A stretch of DNA of 64,000 nucleotides. Source: Gammaproteobacteria bacterium. GTDB taxonomy: Bacteria > Pseudomonadota > Gammaproteobacteria > Legionellales > Legionellaceae. The stretch's first letter is position 1, and the number at the start of each line of letters is the position of its first letter. The DNA lies in assembly GCA_022600575.1 (NCBI GenBank), contig JAHZKF010000010.1:1930-65929 (forward strand), given 5' to 3'. The notes under the pieces are model-generated. The model was not told the DNA's origin, did not search any database, and saw nothing but the letters and a program-made list of their open reading frames with translations. Both the position numbers and the translations under genes were made by a program. Shown here one piece after another: positions 1 to 9,424 of this stretch.

Positions 1-282
1 TTGTTTCCGTGGCACCGACCCCACCAAGAAGGCCCAATGTACACCCATCATGGCTTCTTTTAAGCTTGAAGTGCACTCAACATGTTTTAACCGTGGAAAA
101 GCGCAATCTTCGAGTTCCATTGCAACGCCCTTAAGCGCTGGTAAGGCTTGCGGTAATTCAAGTAAGTGCAATTCAATATCTGTATCATCACCAAATAACT
201 GTCCTGATGCGATTCTAAATAACAAAGCATAGCCAATTTGTCCTGCAGCCCCTGTAATTGCAACTCGAACGCGTTTATTCAT
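1..282 (-). CDS. mdh: malate dehydrogenase, N-terminal 94 codons (gene continues beyond window edge)
   Basis: Own translation of minus strand from ATG at 280-282: [31 protein letters not shown]...LVGSVPRKQ. The GAAGQIG Rossmann motif and N-terminus are typical of LDH-like MDH. Absent from the ORF track because it is truncated by the window. Confidence 0.8.
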   Translation of the reverse strand, partial: MNKRVRVAITGAAGQIGYALLFRIASGQLFGDDTDIELHLLELPQALPALKGVAMELEDCAFPRLKHVECTSSLKEAMMGVHWAFLVGSVPRKQ

Positions 283-335
283 TTAATTTATCTCCCATCT
301 CGCGATATAATACGCTTTTATAAAAATCGTGTCTT

Positions 336-1469
336 ATGTTACCACTATCACTTTATATTCACATCCCTTGGTGCATTCAAAAATGTCCTTATTGCGATTT
401 TAACTCGCACCAGAGTCCAAAAGTACTCCCAGAAGTACAATACGTAAACGCCTTACTTGAAGATCTAGATACTGATATCAAAGCATTTCCCCCGCGCCCC
501 ATCACCTCTATTTTTATCGGCGGCGGTACCCCAAGCCTTTTATCAGAACACGCTTACACCCTTTTATTTGAAGGCTTACACAAACGCTTAACCTTCACAG
601 ATAATATTGAAATAACACTTGAAGCAAATCCTGGTAGTGCCGAACAAAAACGTTTTAAAGCTTATCGCGCACTCGGTATTAACCGCTTATCACTTGGCAT
701 ACAAAGCTTTAATCTTAACCACTTAAAAGCATTAGGACGTATTCATGATGATAAAGAAGCGCATCGCGCTATTCTTGCTGCACGTGATGCAGGCTTTAAT
801 AACTTCAATCTAGACCTCATGCATGGCTTACCTCAGCAATCCATATCAGAAGGCATGCAAGACTTAGAAACAGCGCTTTCTTACAACCCTAACCACCTCT
901 CTTGGTATCAACTAACCCTTGAACCCAATACCGTGTTTTATAAAAAACCACCTGAACTCCCACATGAAGATATCATTGATGATTTAGAACAAGCAGGACA
1001 TGCTTATCTAAAAGCAAATCACTATGAAAAGTACGAAATTTCTGCCTTTTCAAAACCTGATAAACAAGCACAACATAACCTTAATTATTGGCAATTTGGT
1101 GATTATTATGGAATAGGTGCTGGTGCGCATGGCAAATTAACCTCTCCTGACTTTAAACACATTTATCGCACGCGAAAACAACGTCAACCTAAAGATTATT
1201 TAAATCCTGATAAAACATATCTCATTGAGAAAAAACAAATTGATCAAAGCAATATTTTATTTGAGTTTATGCTCAATACAACACGCCTTGAACAAGCCAT
1301 ACCCTATGACTTATTTACAAAACACACAGGGCTTCAGCTTGAAACGCTGATGCCACAACTTAAAACAGCAGAGCAACAAGGCTTTTTAAAATGCACCAAA
1401 ACCCATTGGCAAGTCACTTCTTTTGGACGCCGCTTTACCAACGACTTACAACGCTTGTTCTTGCCATAA
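336..1469 (+). CDS. hemW: radical SAM heme chaperone HemW (HemN-like, oxygen-independent coproporphyrinogen oxidase family)
   Basis: 377-aa ORF. N-terminal LYIHIPWCxxKCPYCDF radical-SAM cluster motif. Size and layout match the YggW/HemW class. Confidence 0.85.
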   Translation: MLPLSLYIHIPWCIQKCPYCDFNSHQSPKVLPEVQYVNALLEDLDTDIKAFPPRPITSIFIGGGTPSLLSEHAYTLLFEGLHKRLTFTDNIEITLEANPGSAEQKRFKAYRALGINRLSLGIQSFNLNHLKALGRIHDDKEAHRAILAARDAGFNNFNLDLMHGLPQQSISEGMQDLETALSYNPNHLSWYQLTLEPNTVFYKKPPELPHEDIIDDLEQAGHAYLKANHYEKYEISAFSKPDKQAQHNLNYWQFGDYYGIGAGAHGKLTSPDFKHIYRTRKQRQPKDYLNPDKTYLIEKKQIDQSNILFEFMLNTTRLEQAIPYDLFTKHTGLQLETLMPQLKTAEQQGFLKCTKTHWQVTSFGRRFTNDLQRLFLP

Positions 1470-1520
1470 CCACCTGCCATACTCTTCTGTAATTAATCGA
1501 CAACTCAAATTGGAAAAATC

Positions 1521-2156
1521 ATGCTCACCTTACTGCTTGTTCTCTTTTGTGTAGCCACGGCTTATGCACTTGGCTCCTTATGCTCCGCTGTTATTGTTTG
1601 TCGTATTGCAAAATTACCCGATCCACGTACCGAAGGCTCAAACAACCCTGGGGCTACCAATGTGCTTCGCATAGCTGGCAAAAAATATGCAGCCTTAGTG
1701 TTATTCGCTGATTTTCTGAAAGGTTTATTAGCAATATGGCTCGCCATTATTTTACAACTAGGTCCTTTTGCTCAAGCGCTCGCAGGCCTTGCTGCAGTAC
1801 TTGGCCATATCTATCCGATGTTTTTTGAGTTTAAAGGAGGAAAAGGCGTTGCAACAACCCTTGGTGTATTACTCGGCCTGCACCCACTGCTTGGACTACT
1901 TGCTATGATTACTTGGTTCACAGTGGCCTACTTTAGCCGTTACTCATCACTCGCATCGATTGTTTCTGTTACCCTCGCCCCCTTTTATGCCCTGCTCGCA
2001 TTCCATGAACAAGCCGCTTTTCTACCTTTACTGGCACTCTCACTTGCAGTGCTTTATCAACATCAAGACAACATCAAACGGTTGCTTGATGGGAGTGAAT
2101 CAAAAATTGAACTTAATTCAGAGAAAAGAAATAAATCTAAAAAGACAAAGGAATAA
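1521..2156 (+). CDS. plsY: glycerol-3-phosphate acyltransferase PlsY
   Basis: 211-aa polytopic membrane ORF with GSNNPGATNVLR and GGKGVAT motifs characteristic of PlsY. Confidence 0.9.
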   Translation: MLTLLLVLFCVATAYALGSLCSAVIVCRIAKLPDPRTEGSNNPGATNVLRIAGKKYAALVLFADFLKGLLAIWLAIILQLGPFAQALAGLAAVLGHIYPMFFEFKGGKGVATTLGVLLGLHPLLGLLAMITWFTVAYFSRYSSLASIVSVTLAPFYALLAFHEQAAFLPLLALSLAVLYQHQDNIKRLLDGSESKIELNSEKRNKSKKTKE

Positions 2157-2159
2157 AAG

Positions 2160-3191
2160 CTAATCGATATCTTCATTCATCAAAGGCAGGCGTGCATGTA
2201 CTTCAATCGCGTGACTTGTGTCACGCGCACCCTGCATTAAGTGCAAACACCCAGCATAAGCAACCATCGCACCATTATCCGTACAATACTCTAAACGTGG
2301 GAAATACACCTCCCCCCCATTTGCTTCAATACGCGCGGTTAATGCTTTTCTTAAGGCACGGTTTGCGCCAACGCCACCTGCAACCACCAAGCGCTGACTA
2401 CCAGCAGCTTGAAGTGCACGTTCTGTTTTAACCAAAAGGGTTTCTACCACGGCCTCTTGAAACGCTCTTGCAATAGCTTGTCTATCTTGCAATTTTTGTT
2501 CGCTTTTTTTCCAAGCCATCATGGCATGCGTTTTTAACCCACTAAAACTAAAATCGAATCCTGGTCTATTCAGCATAGGGCGTGGAAACGGTTCAACCTC
2601 TGGCAGCTCACCTGGTTTTACTACTTTATCTGCTAATGCAGCAAGTAAGGGCCCACCAGGGTACTCAAAGCCCATAAGCTTAGCTGTTTTATCAAACGCT
2701 TCACCCACCGCATCATCTAACGTCTCACCCAATAAATGATAGTCACCCAGTGCACGCGCCTCAATCAATTGCGTATGCCCACCAGACACTAACAAAGCTG
2801 TAAATGGAAATTCGAGACTGGGTGTATCAAGCTTAGCTGCTAAAATATGTGCTTCTAGATGATGCACCGCAAGCGATGGTATTCCTAAAGCAAAACTCAG
2901 ACTTTTTGCAAAAGAGGCGCCAACCAATAAAGCACCCACTAAACCAGGCCCCGTTGTATAAGCAACCGCATCAATATCTGTTTTTTTAAGTTTGGCTTGT
3001 TTCAATACCTCATCGACCAAAACAACAATATGCTTTACATGGTCGCGTGAAGCAAGCTCAGGTACCACCCCACCAAATTCACGGTGTGTGGCTACCTGAG
3101 AATGTAATACATGCGCTAAAAGCCCTGCTGTAGAACAATACAGTGCCACCCCTGTTTCATCACAAGAAGATTCAATCCCTAAAACCCGCAC
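2160..3191 (-). CDS. tsaD: tRNA N6-adenosine threonylcarbamoyltransferase TsaD (Gcp)
   Basis: 343 aa. MRVLGIESSCDETGVALY N-terminus and HxxxH (HHLEAHIL) metal motif. Kae1/TsaD family. Confidence 0.95.
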   Translation of the reverse strand: MRVLGIESSCDETGVALYCSTAGLLAHVLHSQVATHREFGGVVPELASRDHVKHIVVLVDEVLKQAKLKKTDIDAVAYTTGPGLVGALLVGASFAKSLSFALGIPSLAVHHLEAHILAAKLDTPSLEFPFTALLVSGGHTQLIEARALGDYHLLGETLDDAVGEAFDKTAKLMGFEYPGGPLLAALADKVVKPGELPEVEPFPRPMLNRPGFDFSFSGLKTHAMMAWKKSEQKLQDRQAIARAFQEAVVETLLVKTERALQAAGSQRLVVAGGVGANRALRKALTARIEANGGEVYFPRLEYCTDNGAMVAYAGCLHLMQGARDTSHAIEVHARLPLMNEDID

Positions 3192-3204
3192 ATCAACCCC
3201 TTAT

Positions 3205-4116
3205 TTAGAAACCAAATCTGAAGCTATTGTCTTCTTCTGGTGGTTCATATTCACTCGATATATCCGCTCTCTGCATCGCTTGCTTATAAAAATCCTGCAG
3301 TGCCATATCTGGTGGTCCTGCTCTATATAGTTCTTGTAATTTTCGAGCATCGAGGGTTTCTGCAAGACCCACAGCTATGCCATCTGCATTCACAGGTTGA
3401 CGCTCATAACCACCATCTGCATTGAGCCTATATCCATTCTTTTCTAACAAAAGAATGATGATTTGTTTATGCATGTCATCCAGATATGGAATCAGGTCTG
3501 GATTGACGTCTTCATATCCTGGCATATCTCTCACTGAAGGCCACTCAATTTCACCATTTACATCAACCTCCATGTTCTGTAAAAACGTGTCTGCTGGTCC
3601 TCCAGGCAAATCAACCTCACCATGCTCACGGCCACCACCTATCCCAGTTACATCTTGCAACCAGTCTCCTGCCATATCCGTTAAATTGGCCGTACCATCC
3701 AGTATTTGCCCGAAAAGCCAAGGCGTTCCTGCTATACCTTGCTTCAATCGCGTCCAAGGTTGTATTGTTTCGTTTAAAGCAATCGCCTCTGCCTTACTCA
3801 GTGCCATTACAGCATTTAAAGAAGTATCAAAACGGTCAAACCCTTTAACCCCTTCTGTCACAAGCGTGCTACATTGATCCTTAAATGTCTTAATCGCAGC
3901 TTCTTTTCTTGCCTTTTGTTTTGCCGCGGCAGGTGCTGCTTCAGCAGCTTCCCTTTGAGCGCTCTCTGCCTGCATTCTTCTCTCAAAGGCTTTGGCTTCA
4001 TCACGTTGTCTACGAAATTCTGTCTTTCTTTCCTCAAGCCTTGTGTCTTTTATTTTACTGACCAATGCGTTTCTTGATTTAGTCGTTTTTTTCGTCTGCT
4101 TTGTTGTTCTACCCAT
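3205..4116 (-). CDS. hypothetical protein (303 aa from ATG 4116): Lys/Glu/Ala-rich N-terminal region, acidic C-terminus, no recognisable domain
   Basis: Long ORF in the same direction as its flanking genes. ATG at 4114-4116 is preceded by GAAGGTG and overlaps the lpxH stop (ATGGGTAG). Only 13 nt separate it from tsaD. The ORF track gives TTG at 4128 as the longest start. Confidence 0.6.
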   Translation of the reverse strand: MGRTTKQTKKTTKSRNALVSKIKDTRLEERKTEFRRQRDEAKAFERRMQAESAQREAAEAAPAAAKQKARKEAAIKTFKDQCSTLVTEGVKGFDRFDTSLNAVMALSKAEAIALNETIQPWTRLKQGIAGTPWLFGQILDGTANLTDMAGDWLQDVTGIGGGREHGEVDLPGGPADTFLQNMEVDVNGEIEWPSVRDMPGYEDVNPDLIPYLDDMHKQIIILLLEKNGYRLNADGGYERQPVNADGIAVGLAETLDARKLQELYRAGPPDMALQDFYKQAMQRADISSEYEPPEEDNSFRFGF

Positions 4117-4843
4117 CACCTTCCCCAAGAAGATTAAAATTAAATCCTATTGTATCATCATAGCACAGTACATGCGGAGATGCATCCCAATCACTTAAAA
4201 CATATTGTTGATACAATTCACCCTCCAGTAGATGCGATGTATGTCCTGGTTTATGGGTATGTCCATGGACCACAATATGTGCTCCACATTGCTTTAAATG
4301 CTTTGTCAGTGACGCAGGCACCACATCCATCATCACCGGTTGTTTTTGTGTGTTTGTCTCACTGTGTACACGCACCCCCATCACAATGCGTGTTCGAAGC
4401 CATTTAGGAAGCATCATAAACAAGGCCGGAAACCATCTATTTCGCGTGAAACGTCGAAATCTTTGATGCGCTTTATCGGCTATACAATATCTATCACCAT
4501 GCACCAACATCACTTGTTCGCCACCAAGCTCAATCAATGCAGGTTCATCTAATACGATAAGACCTGCGCGCTTGAAAAAGGTTTCACCTAATAAAAAATC
4601 ACGATTGCCTCGCATAAAATACACTTGCATGCCTTGCTTTGTAAGCAAAGCAAGGCGCGAGGCAATCGCATCACTCCAAGCATTTGATGTATCATCTCCT
4701 GCCCAGACATGAAAAAAATCACCCAAAATATATAAAGCACGCGTTCGGTGAGAAACCCATACTAAAAAATCCTCAAATCGCTTTGAAATATCTGGCATGT
4801 CCGGATGCAAATGTAAATCTGAAATAAAGACCGCTTCAAGCAT
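4109..4843 (-). CDS. lpxH: UDP-2,3-diacylglucosamine diphosphatase LpxH
   Basis: 244 aa. Calcineurin-like metallophosphoesterase motifs SDLHL, GDFF, GNRD, HGD, GHTH, in LpxH-typical order and size. Confidence 0.9.
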   Translation of the reverse strand: MLEAVFISDLHLHPDMPDISKRFEDFLVWVSHRTRALYILGDFFHVWAGDDTSNAWSDAIASRLALLTKQGMQVYFMRGNRDFLLGETFFKRAGLIVLDEPALIELGGEQVMLVHGDRYCIADKAHQRFRRFTRNRWFPALFMMLPKWLRTRIVMGVRVHSETNTQKQPVMMDVVPASLTKHLKQCGAHIVVHGHTHKPGHTSHLLEGELYQQYVLSDWDASPHVLCYDDTIGFNFNLLGEGDG

Positions 4844-4850
4844 TATTTAA

Positions 4851-5567
4851 TCACAATAAATCAATATCAATACGTTCACCTTTAAGCAGCACCTGACAAG
4901 GTTTAGTACAAGGTTCCATCGTCTCAGGTAAACGGTACACACCTGCAATCGCAACCAACTCAGGGTCAAACGACTGACAAAAAATACGGGCCGATTGATT
5001 CCCTGAAATACCCGCAAGTACGCGACCTCTTAATGTGCCATATACATGGATATTTCCTTCAGCCAATAATTCGGCCCCATGTCCAACAGATGCGGTCACA
5101 ATTAAATCTCCCTGACTCACCACTTGTTGCCCCGAACGTATAGGAGTCGTCAGTAATTTGGTTTTTCCGTTCGGTAACGCCACTTTAGGTTCAACAACAG
5201 GCGCATCTTCAGATACCTGCTTATCACGCGTTGAAGACGATCGGAGTGTTGCAAGTCCAATTGCCGCTGCACGCTCACGAAAAAGCGCGCTGCCCCCTTG
5301 AATTGCAATCGGAAACAAACCATGCCCACGTGCACATTGACAGAGTGCTGCTAAATCAACCGTTGCCTCAGGTACTTTTGTACAGTCCAATACAAGTGGC
5401 GCTTGCTCAAAAAGCCGCGGGGCTTTTGCCACCAAAGCTTCAAGTTGTTGGTTGAATCCTTTTGTATCTGCTTCAAGCACCTGAAGTACTGTTAGGGTAT
5501 ATAGACGCCCCTTTAGTTTAAATGCTTGTAATTTCAACATATTATCTGTCATGCCACTGATATCCAT
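4851..5567 (-). CDS. minC: septum site-determining protein MinC
   Basis: 238 aa. C-terminal beta-helix region ...GAELLAEGNIHVYGTLRGRVLAG... is typical of MinC. Confidence 0.85.
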   Translation of the reverse strand: MDISGMTDNMLKLQAFKLKGRLYTLTVLQVLEADTKGFNQQLEALVAKAPRLFEQAPLVLDCTKVPEATVDLAALCQCARGHGLFPIAIQGGSALFRERAAAIGLATLRSSSTRDKQVSEDAPVVEPKVALPNGKTKLLTTPIRSGQQVVSQGDLIVTASVGHGAELLAEGNIHVYGTLRGRVLAGISGNQSARIFCQSFDPELVAIAGVYRLPETMEPCTKPCQVLLKGERIDIDLL

Positions 5568-5578
5568 CCGCGTTTTTT

Positions 5579-7279
5579 TTGTTTATACTAGCACGCAGCT
5601 ATTCTCAACAAAAGGTCAACAACGTGGATAAATTGTGGCTGGAACAATACCCTGATGGTATCCCACATACCATTGACATCAACACCTATCCCTCACTCAC
5701 AGCCCTTTTTGACGATGTCTGTCATCAACATAAAGAAAGGACTGCGTACATTAATTTCGGACATAAGCTCACTTACGCTAAACTCGAAGCATTAAGCCGC
5801 ACTTTTTCTGCGTATCTTCAAAGCTTAAATTTAACACAAGGCGCACGCGTTGCAATCATGCTCCCTAACGTATTGCAATATCCTGTCGCCCTCTTCGCGA
5901 TTTTGCGTGCAGGATATGTCGTCGTTAATACCAATCCGCTATATACCGCAGATGAAATCAGCCATCAAATCAATGACTCACGCGCTGAAGCCATTATTGT
6001 ACTCGCAAATTTCGCGAGCACCGTTGAAAAAGCGCTCCCTAATATGCCAAAACTCAATCACGTAATTGTCACTGAGGTAGGAGACGTATTGTCTTCTGTT
6101 AAACGTGTGGCCATTAATACCGCTTTAAAACACTTTAAAAAACAAGTTCCGCCTTACCACATCAAAAAAGCTGTTACCTGGCGAAAAGCAATTGCTCGGG
6201 GCAAGAAAAAACCTTTTTCATCCCCACCTCTTGGTCATGAAAATTTGGCCTTTATTCAATACACCGGTGGCACCACCGGCGTGTCTAAAGGGGCTATGCT
6301 AACGCACGGCAATTTAATTGCGAATGTCATGCAAGCCTTTGCCTGGATTACACCTATTGGTATCAGTCAAGAAGATATTATCGTAACAGCCTTGCCGCTT
6401 TATCATATCTTTTCACTTACAGCCAACTGCCTTACCTTTTTTAAAGCCGGGGCTACCAATATTTTAATTACCAACCCACGTGATATATCTGGCTTTATTA
6501 AGACCATTAAACATGCTCAGTTTACAGCCATTACAGGCGTCAATACTTTATTCAATGCTTTAATCAACCATCCTAAATTTACTGGTATTGATTTTTCAAA
6601 ACTACGTTTAGCACTTTCAGGTGGCATGGCTCTACAAAAAAGTGTTGCTGAAGCATGGTGTGACAAAACAAATATGCATATTCTTGAAGCTTACGGGCTC
6701 ACTGAAACAAGTCCAGCTGTGACTATCAACCCTTTAACCCTTAAAACGTATAATGGCAGTATTGGACTACCTCTGCCTTCAACTGATATTGCCATTCGCG
6801 ATGAAAACGGCAACAACCTTGCCCTTGGTGAATCAGGCGAACTCTGTATTAAAGGCCCACAAGTAATGCCAGGATATTGGCAACGCGCTGATGAAACCAG
6901 CTTGGTTTTCTGGCCTGATGGATTTCTTCGTACAGGCGATGTTGCCAAACTAAACAAACAGGGGTTTGTTTATTTGGTCGATCGAAAAAAAGATATGATT
7001 TTAGTCTCAGGCTTTAATGTCTATCCAAACGAAGTTGAACAAATCATAGGCCTTATGCCACAAGTTTTAGAAGTCGGTGTGGTTGGCGTTGAAGATAACT
7101 CAGGCGGTGAGGTGGTTAAAGCATGTATTGTCAAACGCGACCCCTCCCTCACTGAGGAACAAGTGATTGCGCACTGCAGGCAACACCTTACCGCCTATAA
7201 AGTACCCAAAATTTTAGCTTTTTATGATGATCTCCCTAAAACCAACGTTGGAAAGGTACTACGTCGAGAATTGAAGTAA
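5579..7279 (+). CDS. fadD: long-chain-fatty-acid--CoA ligase (FadD family)
   Basis: AMP-binding signature IQYTGGTTGVSKGAMLTHGN. The N-terminus DKLWLEQYP resembles FadD. A GTG at 5624 (after AAAGG) is a plausible true start instead of the TTG at 5579. Confidence 0.9.
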   Translation: MFILARSYSQQKVNNVDKLWLEQYPDGIPHTIDINTYPSLTALFDDVCHQHKERTAYINFGHKLTYAKLEALSRTFSAYLQSLNLTQGARVAIMLPNVLQYPVALFAILRAGYVVVNTNPLYTADEISHQINDSRAEAIIVLANFASTVEKALPNMPKLNHVIVTEVGDVLSSVKRVAINTALKHFKKQVPPYHIKKAVTWRKAIARGKKKPFSSPPLGHENLAFIQYTGGTTGVSKGAMLTHGNLIANVMQAFAWITPIGISQEDIIVTALPLYHIFSLTANCLTFFKAGATNILITNPRDISGFIKTIKHAQFTAITGVNTLFNALINHPKFTGIDFSKLRLALSGGMALQKSVAEAWCDKTNMHILEAYGLTETSPAVTINPLTLKTYNGSIGLPLPSTDIAIRDENGNNLALGESGELCIKGPQVMPGYWQRADETSLVFWPDGFLRTGDVAKLNKQGFVYLVDRKKDMILVSGFNVYPNEVEQIIGLMPQVLEVGVVGVEDNSGGEVVKACIVKRDPSLTEEQVIAHCRQHLTAYKVPKILAFYDDLPKTNVGKVLRRELK

Positions 7280-7288
7280 ATTTTAACA

Positions 7289-7304
7289 GAACAAGTACTT
7301 GTTC
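7289..7304. promoter_or_regulatory. perfect 16-bp palindrome GAACAAGTACTTGTTC between fadD and the next gene
   Basis: Read directly: GAACAAGT is the reverse complement of ACTTGTTC, with no spacer. Lies 10 nt after the fadD stop and 55 nt before the next start. Could be an operator or a weak 6-bp-stem hairpin. Confidence 0.35.
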
Positions 7305-7358
7305 CTCAGAAGAAACTCACTTATAGTGGCTGATTGGTATAACCATGAAGGAAAGTAC

Positions 7359-7754
7359 ATGAAAAAAACGATTTTATTCGGCACAACGCTCGCACTCGGC
7401 CTTGCTTCTAGTCTTGCTTTTGCTATTCCTCCCAAGGTATTGATTACACATAACCAAACTGATCTTGAATCTAATGCATTTGTTGCGGGTACCATTCCTT
7501 CACAGCACCCAACCAAGGCAAACTCAGACGGACGCGTCATGTGGGCTTCTGTTAGAATGGCCTGTTTTGGTCACGTAACAAATGGAAAGTGTCCTGCCCT
7601 AATTAAAGTCGGCACAGATACACCGAATCCTATTGAGATTGGTATGGTAACTGTTGATTTAAGCAATGGCGATATTCAACCCAAAGAATTACATGCAAAC
7701 GGCTACACTATGGTCGTTGACGGCCCTGCTGAAACCACTTTGCGTAAGGGCTAA
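7359..7754 (+). CDS. small secreted hypothetical protein (131 aa)
   Basis: ATG at 7359 preceded by AAGGAA. Signal peptide MKKTILFGTTLALGLASSLAFA. No recognisable domain. The ORF track start at 7299 is probably too long. Confidence 0.6.
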   Translation: MKKTILFGTTLALGLASSLAFAIPPKVLITHNQTDLESNAFVAGTIPSQHPTKANSDGRVMWASVRMACFGHVTNGKCPALIKVGTDTPNPIEIGMVTVDLSNGDIQPKELHANGYTMVVDGPAETTLRKG

Positions 7755-7778
7755 TAAGAACAAAACGCCCTTCATATT

Positions 7779-7806
7779 TGTCATTCCTGCAAAAGCGGGA
7801 ATGACA
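7779..7806. terminator. 12-13 bp stem-loop (TGTCATTCCTGC-AAAA-GCGGGAATGACA) between convergent genes
   Basis: Inverted repeat read directly. AAAA loop, one G-U pair. Sits between the stop at 7754 (+) and the stop at 7823 (-). Confidence 0.5.
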
Positions 7807-7822
7807 AGTTTCTTCGCAAGAA

Positions 7823-9214
7823 TCAATCAAGCGGTCTCCAAACCGCTTGAAATCCTGCTAATTGTGCGTGATTACTACCCCAAGCATCAACAGTCACATT
7901 TGACAGTGCGTTAAATACTTGCGTTTTATGCACAGGTGCTCTTCCAGCTCCCCAAAGATAAACATATGCCAAATCAAATCCTATGGTCGGACGTGGTTGA
8001 TAATGCAACCCTGTGGCCACAGCCCACCTATCAACATCAGGCAAGCGCGCATCACGTTCAGCATTAACTGTTGGGGTTTGATCATATCCCCCTCCAAAAC
8101 GAAACGTCCAACGCTCATTAAAACTATACAGTGTCCCCAAAGCAAACCGCCAAGCATTTCGATAATGCTGCTCTGTTAACACCGTAATCGGTGCTTGCAA
8201 GCTTGTATCCGTATCAAACCCTGCGACATTATCAAGCTGTGTAGTTTTAAAAACACTCCAACCCGTATATACCGCAGACCCCAACAACACCCAATTTTCG
8301 GTCATATCCTGATAAATACTCAAAGTTGTAATATTAGGCAACCGGATATCATTACTACTTAGCGTATCGAGCTGATAAACCGCTGCTGTATTCTCAAGGG
8401 CTTCGTCTGCAAGGCGACCTGATAATGTACTCGTACCCTCAAATTGATGCCCAACTGCTGACTGAAAGTTAAGCCCTATACGCGTATGTTCGTCATTAAA
8501 TAAAGCAAGTACACCTGCATGAAAGCCTATTCCAAATGAGTTTCCTGTATTCTCACTCCGCGAATCAAGAAATGTAGGCGTAACAGGCACACCCTCGGAT
8601 TGTAAATGTTGTAGCCCTGCAGGAGAGCCTGCAATAGCATTGAATGTAACGCGCGCCCATTCTAAATCAAGCCCCACACCAAGCGCTAAATTATCAGTTA
8701 AAAATCCGCCTATTTCAGGAGATACAAGCACCGTTAAAAGTTCTGTCAAAGTACCCGCATAACGCAGCGGCGAATCATTCCCCCAATTGGTTGAAAGCCC
8801 ATAAGGTGACACAATACTTAAGCCTGCCACCGCGCGCTCACCTAGAGGATGCGCCAAATGTAATGCGGGTACCACGGCATTTCGTCCACCATTTAAAGTA
8901 TCAAACGATTGTATGTAAGGCGGCAAGTCGTCTGTTCGATAAGTACTGGTACCAGTTAACGTTGTATTTGGAAGAACCCCAACGCCACTAAACACAATTT
9001 CATCTTCAGGAATTAAGACTAATCCTGCTGGGTTATACCATCCAATTGATGCATCAGGTACCTGTGCAGCAGACCCTGCAGCGAACACACCTAATTCAGA
9101 TACGCTGCCTTCCGTATACAGCGAAAAACCACCTGCCATGACCGTATTATTCAATATGAAAAATAAAGAAATAACACGAGAAAATTGCTGAATAATCTTA
9201 GGTATGCGTCCCAT
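7823..9214 (-). CDS. fadL: outer-membrane long-chain fatty acid / hydrophobic compound transporter, FadL/TodX family
   Basis: 463 aa with N-terminal signal-like segment. GFSLYTEGS...WYNPAGL start and a Gly/aromatic-rich beta-barrel pattern typical of FadL. Neighbour of fadD. Confidence 0.8.
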   Translation of the reverse strand: MGRIPKIIQQFSRVISLFFILNNTVMAGGFSLYTEGSVSELGVFAAGSAAQVPDASIGWYNPAGLVLIPEDEIVFSGVGVLPNTTLTGTSTYRTDDLPPYIQSFDTLNGGRNAVVPALHLAHPLGERAVAGLSIVSPYGLSTNWGNDSPLRYAGTLTELLTVLVSPEIGGFLTDNLALGVGLDLEWARVTFNAIAGSPAGLQHLQSEGVPVTPTFLDSRSENTGNSFGIGFHAGVLALFNDEHTRIGLNFQSAVGHQFEGTSTLSGRLADEALENTAAVYQLDTLSSNDIRLPNITTLSIYQDMTENWVLLGSAVYTGWSVFKTTQLDNVAGFDTDTSLQAPITVLTEQHYRNAWRFALGTLYSFNERWTFRFGGGYDQTPTVNAERDARLPDVDRWAVATGLHYQPRPTIGFDLAYVYLWGAGRAPVHKTQVFNALSNVTVDAWGSNHAQLAGFQAVWRPLD

Positions 9215-9352
9215 CTGCGTCTCCTTGTCCCTATACTGCTCTGAAGCGGCTGCCCATGCGTTGAAAACGCCAGAATGTATTTTGTGACATCAGTAAAGGC
9301 CCATCATCATACAATAAGTACTCACAAAAGCAAGCTTACAAAAAGTTCCCCT

Positions 9353-9382
9353 TTGACTTTTTATGTTTATTTAATGTACAAT
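9353..9382 (+). promoter_or_regulatory. putative sigma70 promoter for the tandem hydrolase genes
   Basis: TTGACT (9353-9358), 18-nt spacer, TACAAT (9377-9382). About 43 nt upstream of the ATG at 9425. Confidence 0.35.
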
Positions 9383-9424
9383 ATCACCCAAATATTATCT
9401 TTATCAAAATCAGAGGTAAGAAAC

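Noticed and set aside
3422-3877. 151-aa + strand ORF (and neighbours 3240-3425, 3874-4077, 3992-4198)
   Set aside because: They run antisense to the 303-aa ORFan and lpxH. The Ser/Pro/Cys-rich composition is typical of reverse-frame artefacts, and there are no SD sequences.
9275-9424. 50-codon N-terminal extension of the first hydrolase paralog in the ORF track
   Set aside because: The paralog aligns from the internal ATG at 9425, which has a GAGGT SD. A promoter-like TTGACT-18-TACAAT lies inside the proposed extension.
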